Shown here: positions 40,923 through 54,869 of the stretch, one piece after another
Layout: every line of letters begins with the position of its first letter
How positions within the stretch are numbered: position 1 is the stretch's first letter
Source of the DNA: Chrysomallon squamiferum
Lineage: Eukaryota; Animalia; Mollusca
Direction: 5' to 3'
DNA length: 64,000 nt
Assembly (NCBI GenBank): GCA_012295275.1
Contig: CM022672.1
Coordinates: 9,858,001 to 9,922,000 of the forward strand
Program-made: the position numbers and the translations under genes
The notes under the pieces: model-generated
The model's input: the letters and a program-made list of their open reading frames with translations, nothing else
What the model was told of the DNA's origin: nothing
Databases searched by the model: none

Positions 40923-43900
40923 TAATTTATATACATGTATGTATGTGTATGTGTGTGTATGTATGTTAGAACTAATAGTTGAAGTTAGAGTACTTTAACC
41001 AGTTCTATTATAATTACTACTACTACTGCTATTGTACTGTCATCATCATCATCATATTTATATTGTTATTATTACTATTATTATTATTATTGTCATTATT
41101 ATCATTATTCTTATTCTTGTTATTCTTATTATTATTGTCATTGTTATTATTATTTTTATTATTATTAATATTATTATTATTTTTTTTTTTTTTTTTTTTG
41201 CACAAATACTGAAAAAGAACTCTATATTAGAGAGATTAAAAAAGAACAGTTTATCAAATATTTTTGGTCTACATTTATTTTGTTACTTATTTAATTATTT
41301 ATGTTTCAAAGAAAACTTATTATGTTAGAAACAAAGTCTAGCCCCGAATTAACACATTTTTGTGGCTGCACTTTTGTGAAAATCACAGTCACAAGAAATG
41401 TAAAGAGAAAAATAAATTATTTATTTTGTTCTGTCTTGTTTTGTCTGTCTTGTCTTGTGCTGTTCTCTTCTGTTCCATTTTATTATTTTATCTTATCTTA
41501 TTTGCTTATTCATTTATTCATTCATTCATTCACTGTTTTCTTTTTTTTATATTATTTTTTTATTTATTATTATTTTTTATTTAATTTAATTTAATTTTTT
41601 AATTTTTTTAAATATTATTATTATTATTTTTTTATTTCACTGTACCTTACTTTACTTTACCTTCACTTTATTTCATTTCAATTCATTTTATTTTATTTCA
41701 TTATTTTTTTTTTTTTTTTTCATTTAATCATGCACTAAAATATAAATATATCACACAGAAAAGAAAGTTAAAGACAATACCGTATGTAAAACATATTAAA
41801 AATAGCACTCTGTTACGGAGTAACAAACATTAAAATTATTCAACATTTCTGAATAAAGTTAATACCTTGCGAATCCCCTGTGGTAATGAAAATACCATTA
41901 TGTAATACAGCAGTTTTTATTTTCACAGTTTTAATGATGTTGTAACTTCATTAATAACTCCTGAATGTAAATGTAGAATTAGCTAGAATTAGTTATCACC
42001 CATTAAATGAAAATAATAATAAAAAAACAAATGTAAGTTAATGTGCATATTACGTGTGCAAGTATATGTGTCAGTGTATGTGGTGGGCAAGTGTTGGGTC
42101 TTTTAAAATATATATAGATAGAGACAGACAAATAGATGGATGGTTGAATAGACACAAAGAAAGTAGATTACACTTTTTTTTATAGAGAGATTGATTGATA
42201 GATACAGACAGACAGATAGAATGACTGAAACACATAAATGAATGGATGGATAGACACAAAAAAAAGAAAAGTAGATTACACCTTTTAATAGAGAGATTGA
42301 TAGACAGACACAGACAGACAGACAGACTGATAGATACACATATATGGATGACTGGATAGACGGGAAAATAAGCAGAGATATAAATATGTAGATAAGTAAA
42401 CAGACATGTAGGCAAAGAAACAGAAAGACAGACAGAAAAATACGCAGTTAAGTAGACAGATATAAATAGATGAGGATATACATATAAATAAATATATAAG
42501 TAGATGGACGGATGGCTAGATACAGTTAGGGACAGATGGATATACTTGTAAATGTTTGTATACAGCTTTTACATGTACAGAAAGTATGGGCCATTTCAAA
42601 AGTGATATAATCCTTACTGAATAAACACATATGGGTCAGTGGTTAAACAGGACATCATAAGAATAATTCTTAATTATTTTCCAATGAACAGAAGTTTCAT
42701 TTCCCAGATAGCGAGAGTCTGTCACTGTAAATAACAGTTTGGTCAATTATGATCAAAGAATAAATTTATCAATGTACATTTTGTGTCAGTTGTAAGAAGA
42801 TATACTGGACTGTTTAAAATGATACATTAAACAAGAAGAAGAAAAAAAGAAAGAAATCATTTAAGTAGTTGGTAAGGATTATTTATTGTTCAAATTTATA
42901 ATAATAACAACAACAATGACCACAACCATAATATATAATAATAATAAAAATGAAGATTCTTTTATTATTATTTATTATTTTTTAGATGCAAACTGTTTTC
43001 CAAGTGACATCAGTGTAAAAATTATTACTGCATCAATAAAGACGTTCACATTCAAAGCTTAAATGCATGTTTCATTACCAACCACATGATTTCAGATCTC
43101 ATAAGATATTAATGTAAGAAAAAATAAAATAACATAAAATAAAATAAAATAATAAAATTTGATGTATATATCAAAATGTAAAGGATTAAGATATGGTAAT
43201 CATAAACTTTTATTGTTGTATTTATTGCATGGAGATTTTTTGAATTAGCTAATTTTACTTCTTGTTTAATATTTGTTTATTTATTTATTTTTATTTTTGT
43301 TTTTTATTATAATTTTTTTTTTAATTATTATTATTATTTTTTTTTTTTTTGACTTATAAGTGTTTAATTCTTATTTTTTGAAAATAAATATTTCCAATAA
43401 AGTAAAACTATTAATTTCAATGTTTTGTAAAAGCTAGAAGCAATAAATGCATTTGTTGTTAAGTAAAATTAATTATACAAACAAACATAAATGTAAGTAA
43501 ATAAATAAGCTGGTAAGTTAGTAAACAAATAAATAAATAAACATGCACATAAATAAATAATAAAAATAAACAAACATACACACACAAGCTAATAAACAAA
43601 TAAACAGATAAACAGTACTGAAAACAACCATAATGAGAAGAATGTATGACTAAAACTGCAAAGCAATGACATAAAGTCTGAGCTGGTAATTCGTTTAGTC
43701 TGACATTTCTTACCAGCAGCAGATAAAAACATGTTTTCAAAGTTTACCTGTCACTCAGAATTACACTGGAAGCAAAAGTTTCAGTCCTAACCAAAATAGT
43801 TTGCTGTGAGGTCTAGCTTGTCAAAAAATAGTCTGATAACTGAGACCCTGTGAACATTGACTTGTTTGTTCTAGTAGCAGAAACTACATACATATTTACA

Positions 43901-44955
43901 TACATTACAATGCATTATGATCATAATTACAATTATACATACATTCATTCATTCATTCATTTATATAACATACTTTAATTACCACACACATACATGCATG
44001 TATATTTATACACACAAACAAATACACATACATACACACACATGTACATTTACATATTACATACATGGTCTATGGAATGACCATATGAATAAACTATAAA
44101 AAAAAAAAAAAATTAAATTCATAAAATAATCACTGAAAAATAAATCACATATCAAGTGGCATTAATGAGGATTAATCCTGCAACCTTAACATATCAGACT
44201 AGCACTCTAACAATTAACCTACAGTCTTAAAATGATGGGAAAACCAACTTCATGCAGATGTGATTTGATCTCAGCGCCTACCAGTCCTGAAACACAATGT
44301 CTTAACCACAACACATCTGATTTAAATTATCTACATACAGACATTACTTACCATGAATCTTTTTCAAGTATTTCATTTCTTTTATTAACTAAACAGTCAA
44401 TTACTGTATATTCACAGACAAACATTTAATCACATAAAAACATTAAAGAAAACATTTCAAACATATTTTACATTTTGAAATTCATCTGCGTTTTTTTTCA
44501 TTATTACCATTTACAAATGAAGCTAATAGACACTATTTAATGGATAAGACAGAAAACTGAATTTTGGCTTGTATATTGGGGATTACTTTGAACATGATTA
44601 ACGCACTTCTAAACTCCCATCTGTAAAAGCCAGTAATCAATGTCACTTAGTGAGATTCTGTTTAGTACAGAGTGGTCAAATTTTCACAACAGGAAAGATT
44701 TTGTTAGAGTAAAACTTCACTGGGTATGTACTATAAAGATAGGGCAATGACCAGTGATATTAAGGTGTTCAAAACTACTGCTCTCATGGAACATTAGTGA
44801 AGAACAGGGTTAAAGACGAGCAGATCATAGGATCAAATGTCAGAACTAGTTTCTAATCATGGTTTATTTGGAATGGTTAATGATTATATAAGATGTTTTT
44901 TTGCTCTCTCTAATACTCTAACCATTTTTCTATTGTAGTTTGGTTTCTTTAATTC

Positions 44956-45023
<68 letters not shown>

Positions 45024-45078
45024 TGGTTATTTATTTGTTCTTTTTTCTCTCTATTTAATTTTTTTCTATTTATTATTA

Positions 45079-45133
<55 letters not shown>

Positions 45134-45511
45134 TTATTGTTATTTTTTTAATATTTTAATTTCCAAGTACCCCATTTCACCCCGACCCAAAAATTAGATT
45201 TAACACAATATTTGCTCAATTATCCCATTTTTAAATATGTTTTCGTTAATTTTAATTTTGAAATATTAATAATGACAAAACATCACTGTCATGATGATAG
45301 CAATGATGATGACAATGATGATGATGATGTAAGAAAAGGTTAACTTCTATTAACATTTCTGAAATGAACCATATTTAATGGGTATCAATTTTGATACCTG
45401 TTGTAAAAAGACACTATAAGAGAGAAAGAGAAATAGAACCTGAAAACACCAACAATCTATGTCTTTTTCTACAGCTTTATAAAAACAAATAATAATAATA
45501 ATAATAAAATT

Positions 45512-45547
<36 letters not shown>

Positions 45548-46343
45548 CAAGTATAATTATTATTTATATCCACTTAAGTTAAATTAAAACATGCAAAAGC
45601 CAGCAGCGTGGAATGCCATTAAAAAACCCCATAATAATTAGGTTAGTTATAACTATAAAACTGAATGCTGCCAAACAGGTTAATGCTTTTAATGTGCTAC
45701 ACACTTTGTAAACAGATCAGTAACTCCTTGGTAACTTTGTATTTTAAACTAAACATTCTACAGATAATTTAAAGCACACTGCACTTTAAGATAATCACTA
45801 AAAACCAAAGCTATAGTATATTTTTTTCATTAAAAAAATTATAATAATAAAAACAGAGAAAAAGAAAAAGAACAAAGAAGATGAATAATTTCTAAATAAA
45901 ATATTTTGTTTTGTGTACAGGATTATATTTGGTGACTATCCATGAATGTGTTTTTGTAAATGTGTGTGTGTGTGTGTAATTTTATTATATCTGACCATGG
46001 ATGGCAACATAAAATCCAATATCGTTGATGGCATCTATCTGAACAAAGTATCTAGCAGCAGAGTTGTTAAATAATAAAATAATAATAATAAAAAACTCAA
46101 AAAGCTAATACATTTAAAATGCATTATATACCTGGGTATTAATAATATGATAAATATTATATTTCTGAGTTAACTTTCTGTGATTAGCAGGTACCTAACC
46201 CCTGTCTAAATTAGTCTGTCTTCGTCAAAATTGAGTTCATCCTAGACATGTTTCCAGCAAGTATTTTCATCTAGTGTATCTTTGGGTGTGATGGTTGATG
46301 CACTGGCTGAAACTGTTTTTAAAATTTAAAATGACATTCTTAC

Positions 46344-46455
46344 CTTTGTCGAGCCTTGGTGGTGGCCGGTACTTGAATCCGGACTGGCTCCAGAATACTG
46401 GTATGGATGCTCGAACTTGGACAAACGAAACCAAATGAGGATAAAACTCAATAAT
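46344..46455 (-). CDS. INPP5F: INPP5F coding exon 9
   Basis: IIEFYPHLVSFVQVRASIPVFWSQSGFKYRPPPRLDK; ends in a strong AAG|GTAAGA donor; 112 nt. Confidence 0.9.
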
Positions 46456-49400
46456 CTGAAAGAAATGTAGCTGGACTGAAATTTTTGAAAACACCAAAAA
46501 GTGAGTGTAATCCAAAAAAACTAAAAAATAAATAAACCAGGAGAAAGCAACAAATGATGTTTTATAAACTATATTTCTACTTCTATATCCTGGCTACATG
46601 GGCATAAGTTATGTCTAATTATTATGTTATCCGAGTGTATTCTTTTGAAAAATAAAATTTTATTATTTATCTGCAAATATATACATTTTCTTAATAGTCA
46701 TGTCAAAAAAAAAAAAAATAATAATAATTTTTCTGACAGATTTTGTTATTTCTTAACCTCAGATTTTGTAATTTTTGACTACCATGCATTACGTTAAAGA
46801 ATGATATATTAACTATAAATTTATTGATATGATTTCAATAGATCTTTTCACAAATAAATCAGTTCACTCCCTTACAAATACACCCAGAACTGTGATACCT
46901 GCTCTGTTTCCACGTAGTTGGCACAAGCTCCATTTTCATCTATACCCCTCTTCCGTGAGCGCGTTCCTGTTGAAAACAAAATTGTTCAAAAACAGATTTG
47001 AGAATACATCCTATTACATTTATATATTACTTATAAATTATGTAAACTTACTATGCAAAAGTAATTTTAAAAAAAAAAAAAAGAAAAGAAAAACAATTTC
47101 ACCCATATATTTATAAAAACAAAATTGAAAATGTTTATTAAGGGAGATAATAGTACAGACATTTATCCAGTAACAGTTATCCCTAATGTCAAAGAAATAT
47201 TTCTTTTTCTTTTTCATTTTTCTTTTTAATTATTATTATTATTATTATTATTATTATCATTATTATTTTTACTTTTTTTCATTTTTATAAATGATTTTTG
47301 GTAATAGCCTTTGTTTTATTAGGTTTGTAATTTTAATCTATTCTAAATGTATTTTTCGTGATTTACATGCATTTTTATTATGGCACTGATATCCAGACAC
47401 TACTGTGGTAACTTCATTAATTTTACTCTTTCAGTCACGGGAAATCATTCAGATTCTTTATAACATTATCACCACGTACTTTTATTTTCTGCACAAACTG
47501 GTAATGGAATGACATAGAGATGAAAACTCAACACTAACTTGTATATAAAAAGATATAGGAGTCAGTCATAAAATTCCAGTGGTTATATGACTAAAGAAAT
47601 CTGCTAATGCCAATAACTGGGCAACTCTTTTTCCGTCTGCAATAAGAGATCTTTTATGTGCATCTTCTAATTGCTGGAAAAGCTCGTATCATGCCTTTTG
47701 TCAAAACTACTCATCAAGTTCTGTCAGAAATGGGAAAATGTCCAGTGAAAGGTACCTTTATATATATCACAATTTTTATGCATTACTGCCAACTATAAAG
47801 AAGATAACTGATAGACATTGCATATCAGCTCTTGGAAATAATCTACAGGAAGACCAGAAAGAAGATGGAGGTACGAACATGATCAGTACTGACAGAGAAT
47901 AGTACAAACAAGAAGATGTGGCAATAGGATTTCGCAAAACAATGAAAAGCTGCAGCTGCACAATGATGATAACATTGATGATGAAGATGATTAATTAAGA
48001 CTGCCTCACAATTAAAACGCAACTGGAAAATGCACAATATATTTAGACTGTTTCCAGTTACAATTTTTGACACTATTCTCAATATAAGTTCTGCTGTACC
48101 TGCTCGGTGACGGTTTCTGCGGGAGATGATGCTGATGTTGTACTCCAGCGGTTCTTTGTATTTAGAGTTCATGAAATCTGACATGGAGTCTGCAGAGTTA
48201 TCTTTCTTGTCCTCACTGAAATCCATCTTGCACCGCTCCATCTGAATGAAACCCTGAATAACGGGAACCATCCAGTGATCTGCAAGACAATTCTGAAAAA
48301 AAAACCCAAAAACCCTAAGTTCAGAAACATCTGTAAATTTACAGTTGTGCTCTGTTTTAATGGAAAACACAATAAGAAAAATTTCTTAAGTCAGTTAATA
48401 TTATTTAAAAAAAAAAAAAATAAAGACAGATTTTTAAGTATTTTTAGTAAATGTATGTAAAAACTAAATAAGATTTCTTAAATATGGTCAGTATTTAAAA
48501 TGAAAACCACCAAATGCATCCTCTTTTTGAAAATAAACTTAAATACATTTGTAATTAATATAAGAAGTGTGTAGATGTAGTCTATTATATGATTTATAAT
48601 GTTTCCTCCTTATATATATATATCTATATATGTGCGCACACACACACACAGAGTACATACATATTTTAACAATAACATGAAATATCAAACCAAATGAACT
48701 AATGTGATGATGTTATAAACATTATGAATAAGTAATCATCAATCACACCCACACCCATACGCGTGTAATATATAATTATAATGTAGATATAAACCTTCTG
48801 GTTTTCTAAATCTGACAACATGTGTTTGTTCCAGAAGAAGCGTTCATCTGCTCTTTTCCACATCGGTGCATTTTTGTTGTAATGATCACGATGCTGTTGC
48901 TGCAGCGAGTTTGTCAGGTCATATGTGTCGCTGTAGTAGAAGAAATCTGTATCAGTGTACATCTTCAACAGTTCCTGCAAACAGAAAACAGTACTTTTAA
49001 AACGTAGTATCTTACATGATGTTTTTTTTAATTCTATAGTTTAACAACTGTCTGAAAAAGAGTAATTATCATAATAAGTATCTCATTGTCATAGGTATGA
49101 AAATATATAATTTATTTTATTAAACCAAAGCTCTGAATTAAGCTGAAATCAAATTTCCACTGTAAGCATTCAGTTTTTCTGAAGGATCAGTTTTGTTTTG
49201 AATAATTCATCTTTTTGGGTTATTTGTTTTCTTTCATCATGTATTTACCCCTTTGTTATTCCTAACCCTCATCACATTCTCTCACTGATGCAACAAAGAA
49301 CAACAAGTTTATAATTTTATAATCTGACAGTAAGGAAAAAGAAGAACGGACAGACACATTTCTATATGGATGGATTATACATATCAGCTGAAAATTAATA

Positions 49401-50875
49401 ATAATAATAACAATAATAAAAGAAAGTTATAATTATAATCACCTCCATTATTCTCTTTTCAAATTTTTCTTTGTCTTTCACTTCCTTCTGAAAAAAAAAA
49501 ATCAATAAAAAAAAGATTTATGTGACACAAATAATAAATTAGTTTAAAAAAAAAAAAAAAATTAAAAAATTAAAAAATCAATAATCTTGAGAAACATCAC
49601 CAATATGGACAGTCATAAGAGTCTGAAGACATGGCATGTGTTGTCGCATCTATGCAAAACCAAGCTTTAGGTTTCTTCTGATCTTTATGAATCTTAGCCA
49701 TCTGTATCATGTAACTGCAATCAAAACATGTTAAAAGTGTGTACTGAAAACAAAGAGTCAAGTAAATAGTAAATGCATTATTGGTAACAATGACTGATTT
49801 TACCTTCTTGGGTCTAACATTTTCAGCTGCCATTTTAATAGAATTCCATGTTTTCTGCAAAGCCTTGGAATCATCAGATTGCTGGAATATTCTCTCAGGC
49901 TTTTTCATTCCAAAGTGGTGCTTTTTGCATAGCTGAAACAGATGTTATAGTGGATTAAATAATCTCATTTAAATTCTGTGCTGTAAAGATTATTAAATTA
50001 AAATAATGCATTTTGGAGCAATAATTTTACATGCATACATAATATTTAAATGATATTCTGCATTCTAATGTAATGATTTTACATGCCTACATAGTGTATA
50101 CTCATTAATGCACACACATATATTTGTATCTGCTGCATACATGTTTACCCACTGACATACACATATAATTGGCACAAACATATATGTATATATGTACTTA
50201 TGAAAATATACGTTAAACTGAATGTGTATGTGTGTTTGTGTGTGTGTAAGTGTGTATGTACAACTTATTGCACACAATATTCATTGAAAAAAGTAAACAA
50301 AATAGCTTCACCTGCAATTCCAAATCTGTGTAGTCATTTTTTGAAAGTGGAAGAACAGCAATTTTGTCTATCTTGTATACATTATGTTCCTGTCCCAGCT
50401 TCCCCAACAGTGAATGTTGTCGAATCAGTAATAATTTCCAATCTGATTCTGAATAAGAACAAACAATAATGTATGTATAATGTTACATAAATATGCAAAA
50501 ATACCTTTAACTTTCAATTTAGTGTCTGAAGGCATATTTGTGTGTACTTATATATGCCAAGCTCCATAACTTTCAGATTTACTTTGAAACATGATTTCCT
50601 ATAATTAATTAATTATTTTATTTATTTTTTATTTTTTTTTTTTTTTTATTTATTTTTTCTCATTATATTTTTTAAAGTCTGAGTCAAATAACTCATAAAT
50701 ATATTAAATAATAGATTTTGGAGGTTAAAAAAATAAATAATAATAATAATAACAATTCTTTGTATTTCAGAATTCGAATAAAATGTTAAAAATACTAGAC
50801 AAATTGGAAGAGAAATTATTCAGTAAAATTTTAATAATTCAATCATTCAGAACTAAACTGGTTTCCTTTGTTTAC

Positions 50876-50918
<43 letters not shown>

Positions 50919-53900
50919 CACACACACATGTATATGTTTATGTGTATCTATGTATGTATGTATGCATGTATACACATTCATACATACATGTAGACACACA
51001 TACATACATTTGTAGTAAAAAGATTGTGCAATCTGTTTTAAAACAATAAAATAATTTAACATGTATGTACTGTTTTAAAACTGTCTTCGCAGATTCTATT
51101 TGATAGCTAACAGACAGAATTTGTATGATATGATGTTCAAAATTTAAAACACAAGCAGTTATAAAACAAATTTAAACTTAAATTTAATGTTTTACAGCTG
51201 AAAGATATTTTATTTTTATCTAATGCTTATTAGTAAACATGTTTATTATTATTTGTTTGTTTTTTTAAACAATTCTAAATTTTCATTCTTTTAATACGCA
51301 GAAACAAAAATAATTGTTATATTATTTATTTTGTTATTTTATTTTATTTATTTTATTTACTTTCAATTGATAAAGCATGAAAATATTTTTCTTTTACTTT
51401 TTCTATTTATAAATGTTTATGAAAAGATTTTTAAATTAATAATTATTAAGAAACACAACAAAATTAAGTACTCATGTAAGTAAAATTTTCTGTATTGTTT
51501 TTATGAAGTAAAACAAAATGTTAAATTCAAATGTTGAAAGATCCACACATGAAAACATCATAAAATAATGAAAACTAAAAACATAACAAATTTTTGGAGT
51601 GTTTTTATTTTTTATCATTAACCTTGAGGGAAAACAAACAAATTTTGTCAAATTATACTATTTTATTTATATTTATATTGTTATTTTTATTATATTTATT
51701 TCACTATTTTTAGTTCATTTTTTAAATTCAATTTATTTTGCTATTTTTATTTTATTTATTTCATTATTTTTACTTCATTTATTTATTTTTTATCTCTTTC
51801 TTTATTTATTTTTATTTGATTTATTTTTGTTATATTAGTTGTATTTGTTATTTTTATTGTATTAGTTTATTTTTTAACTGACTGATAAGTAAAGAACTTA
51901 AAGAATTTCCAGTTCAGATTCAACTAAGCCTATCAATCAGGGCGTTACTTCAAATCTACACCAGATGAGATATGTCTCAACACAAGTCAAAAATAGTACA
52001 CCTACTATTGATCACTTAACTGTGTCACCTTAGACCAGTTCTAAACATTAGTATTAACAAATAAATAACCTGTTCAGTATGGAAGTTACATATTATAAGC
52101 TCAATTTTTGTTCTTTTGACAGGATTTCCAAATTTGTTAATTATAGAGTCATTTGAAATGATAACCCCAATAAACATATAACTTTTGTGTCATCACAGAG
52201 CAATTCTAAACCTTTTAGGAGTCACACTGACACTAAGGAATTTATAAAAGTAACTTTATAAGCTCTTCATTACTGGTTAAATATTCTGAGCCATATTTTC
52301 ACTTTTTTGGACAGCATCCCAAAATTTGTTAATTAAAGAGTTATTTGAAATGATAATCCCTATAAACTAAAAAAACTGTGGCATGGAAACATGCCAAGGT
52401 TTCCAAATAATTCATAATTTGGTACAAATTATTAAAAATTTTTAGCTTTTTAAAATTCTGTTTAAACAACTGATAAAGCATGAACATTTTTCTTTTATCC
52501 TTTTATTTATTTATTTATTTATTTTTTATTTTATTTTATATATATATATATATATATTTTTTTTTTTTGTAAAGGTTTTTTAATTAATAATTATCAAGAA
52601 ACAAACCAACAATTATTATAACTCATGTAATTTTTGTCTAAGTAGCAGTTATTATTTTTAAATTAAAATTTTTGTTTTGTTTCTACTGTTAACCAAAATG
52701 TTAAATTAAAATGTAAATTGATTGATAAGTGAAAGTTATCTTTCAATGAAAAATAATTATATCTAAAATCAGAACAATTTTGTTGATATTTTCTCATTAT
52801 TAATTAATAATCAAAAAAGAATTTTTGGTTGATAGTTTTTTTTTTTTTTTTTTTTTTTGTTCGTTTTCTTTTCATTATTAATATTGAAAGAAAACAAAAT
52901 CAATTTTTGTTAAAATATAGAAAAATGGTTAAATTTATTTTATTTTATTTTATTTTACTTTTTTTTTTTTTTTTTTTCTTCTTTTTTCATTTATTTACCT
53001 GGATTTAAATTATCTAGTTTTTGTTTTTAGAATTATTTACCTGGATATAATCATGTGATTTTTCATAGTTTACATGGATGTAAATGAATAGGTTATTATT
53101 AATTGTTTTCCTTTGTTAGTTAAAGCATGTTTTTTTTTTTTTTTTTTTTTTTTTTTTTCCATTGTACATGAAGGATTAATTTACCTGGATGTTAAAGATT
53201 AATTTACCCAACTATCAAGAATTAATTTACCTGAATGTCAATTATTCATTTACATGAATATAAAGGACAAATTTAACTGGATGTCAAAGATTAATTTACC
53301 TGGATGTATTTTAAGTTTTCCAATGATGCCATAGATTATCCCAATACAAACTGGATTCCATGCTGAACACAAATCACTTCCTGTATCAAAAACAAAATAG
53401 GAAATGATCACTTTATGCTGTAGATTTGAATTTTAAAACATATATTACATTTGTTTTGTTTTTTTAAATTACAGTTTTATTTAACTAAAATTATGTAGAT
53501 GAAATTAAAAAAAATTTTTAATATAATATTTTAAGGGATATTATGAGGGTAGGAAGAAGGTTTTAACCCATTTCTAAATTTAGGCTTAAGGACAGAAACA
53601 TAAAATTTGTTATAACAAATATTGTTTCAGGTTTAAGTGTAATAATGTATTTTTAAACAACAGTGTGTGCCTAATTAGTACAAAGTATGAACCCTAATAC
53701 CTATTCTATAACCACAGGCGGAATGTTGAGTTTAAAGTGTACCTGCTGGTAAGTTTTATATACTTCAAAATGACTTAGAATACATATATCAAGGCAGGGG
53801 CACAGTCATAACTTATCTGGGAGCTTCATAGGCCAAGGGACCTTTGCAATATATGCATGCTGTTGCTTCCTGTCAACAAATGTTTCACGGCTGTGTATGT

Positions 53901-54869
53901 AGGGGACCTAATGCATGGCTTAGCACGAGGGCACATAATACAGAATATATAGATGTCAATAATGATATCAAACATTTTCAATAGCTATACTCCAATATTA
54001 GCATGTTCTGTTGTCTGGAATAAACACTACAGTAATGAAGATAAAATGCATATAGGGTTCATTGCAAACATCATTGGTAAGGGACAAGCTGTGATTCACT
54101 GACAGAGCACCTGCTTAACACAAAGATCAGTCCTCTTGTGTGGGCTGTTTCACATTTTATCAAAGATCCATGTATACAAGCTTTTCTGCTTATAGGAAAA
54201 ATGTATATCAAAGATGTGATGCTGCTAATAAAAACAGTGAGTTATCCAATGCACACCTGTCTAATTTTAATGTGACCCTTATAGGCCTTAACCAAATATC
54301 ATAGCTGTGTATTGTTAATGTGCTGAGTATATCTTGAAAATAATAATTTCTTCTTCAATGATAGGCATGTTCTAACATTATTTTTATATATGAAAATGTC
54401 TGTGTGTGTGTGTGTGTGTGTATGTTAAATATTTCACATTAGCCAAAGTATATTTAAACAAGTGGGTTGTCATTCTATGAACATAAATACATTATACTCA
54501 AATACTGTCATATGAACAAGTATATCCAATTTTATTGAAAGTCTATTAATTTATCTTTAGAGTTAACAATATTTTGTTCTCGGGGACCATAACTTATTTC
54601 TAAACAGGCTACTTTCGGTAAATTTACACAAATTAATATTATTATTTAAACAACAAATCATTTTAATAACAATACAGTAAATACTGGTTCCAGAAACATG
54701 ATCTGATTGATCACGATAATAATAATGTTGAAATAAAGAAATAGGAAATTAGATGACAAATTGTATAAATACCTAATTTGGGTTCCAAATCTCCTGTAGT
54801 TCTACTGCACCAAAGACTGAAGTCTCCATCTAGTATGATATAATGAGAATCAGTCTCATACAATTCCAT
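46344..54869 (-). CDS. INPP5F: Phosphatidylinositide phosphatase SAC2 (INPP5F), coding exons 1-9 (N-terminal ~347 aa, partial)
   Basis: Nine GT-AG exons join in frame: 54869-54773, 53380-53300, 50448-50312, 49932-49804, 49487-49443, 48974-48795, 48292-48100, 46966-46899, 46455-46344. The product MELYETDSHYIILDGDFSLWCSR..AWNPVCIG..LCKKHHFG..FYYSDTYDLTNSLQ..RFFWN..VIQGF..ISRRNRHRAGT..ANYVETEQ..SFVQVRASIPVFWSQ is colinear with human INPP5F as I recall it. Confidence 0.93.
46899..46966 (-). CDS. INPP5F: INPP5F coding exon 8
   Basis: (G)TRSRKRGIDENGACANYVETEQ; SAC-domain RG.D..G..AN.VETEQ motif; 68 nt. Confidence 0.9.
47790..47992 (+). mobile_element. Decayed 3' end of an RTE-clade-like LINE
   Basis: GGA AGA CCA GAA AGA AGA TGG AGG (GRPERRWR, from 47848) resembles the C-terminal GRPxxRW motif of RTE-type ORF2. 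A TDRE remnant and a (GAT)n-like tail follow. Confidence 0.4.
48100..48292 (-). CDS. INPP5F: INPP5F coding exon 7
   Basis: NCLADHWMVPVIQGFIQ..YNISIISRRNRHRA; 193 nt. Confidence 0.9.
48795..48974 (-). CDS. INPP5F: INPP5F coding exon 6
   Basis: ELLKMYTDTDFFYYSDTYDLTNSLQQQ..ADERFFWNKHMLSDLENQK; SAC-domain FYYS/YDLT/RFFWN motifs; 180 nt. Confidence 0.92.
49443..49487 (-). CDS. INPP5F: INPP5F coding exon 5 (45-nt small exon)
   Basis: KEVKDKEKFEKRIME, matching the KEKEKLERRLLE segment of vertebrate INPP5F; tttcag acceptor and gtgatt donor. Confidence 0.85.
49804..49932 (-). CDS. INPP5F: INPP5F coding exon 4
   Basis: LCKKHHFGMKKPERIFQQSDDSKALQKTWNSIKMAAENVRPKK; 129 nt. Confidence 0.9.
50312..50448 (-). 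CDS. INPP5F: INPP5F coding exon 3
   Basis: (E)SDWKLLLIRQHSLLGKLGQEHNVYKIDKIAVLPLSKNDYTDLELQ; 137 nt. Confidence 0.9.
53175..53307. repeat. 23-bp tandem repeat overlapping the INPP5F exon 2 donor site
   Basis: On the minus strand, CATCCAGGTAAATTAATCTTTGA-like units occur about 6 times, with looser copies at ~52993-53080. Confidence 0.8.
53300..53380 (-). CDS. INPP5F: INPP5F coding exon 2
   Basis: (G)SDLCSAWNPVCIGIIYGIIGKLKIHP; 81 nt; AG/GT boundaries. Confidence 0.9.
54075..54345 (+). mobile_element. Decayed tRNA-derived SINE (Meta/MESC-domain-like)
   Basis: Degenerate tRNA-like head followed by the core ATATCAAAGATGTGATGCTGCTAATAAAAA. The same core recurs at ~40081-40125 (+) and reversed at ~1795-1890, ~32450-32495, ~47620-47760 and ~59940-60040. 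Family name is from memory. Confidence 0.45.
54773..54869 (-). CDS. INPP5F: INPP5F coding exon 1
   Basis: ATG at 54869; MELYETDSHYIILDGDFSLWCSRTTGDLEPKL; 97 nt, phase-1 GT donor. Confidence 0.9.

Noticed and set aside
44160-44320. tRNA-like A/B-box traces (also near 18140-18190)
   Set aside because: Too degenerate to fold into a cloverleaf; more consistent with decayed SINE heads than with tRNA genes.
46180-46310. Possible INPP5F exon 10 just after exon 9 (tttcag acceptor, gtac donor)
   Set aside because: It would need a ~35-nt intron, hits an in-frame TAG, and does not resemble SAC2.
47843-49908. Track ORFs 47843-48370, 48699-48980 and 49597-49908 as standalone genes
   Set aside because: Each is an INPP5F exon extended by intron read-through; homology stops at the GT/AG boundaries.
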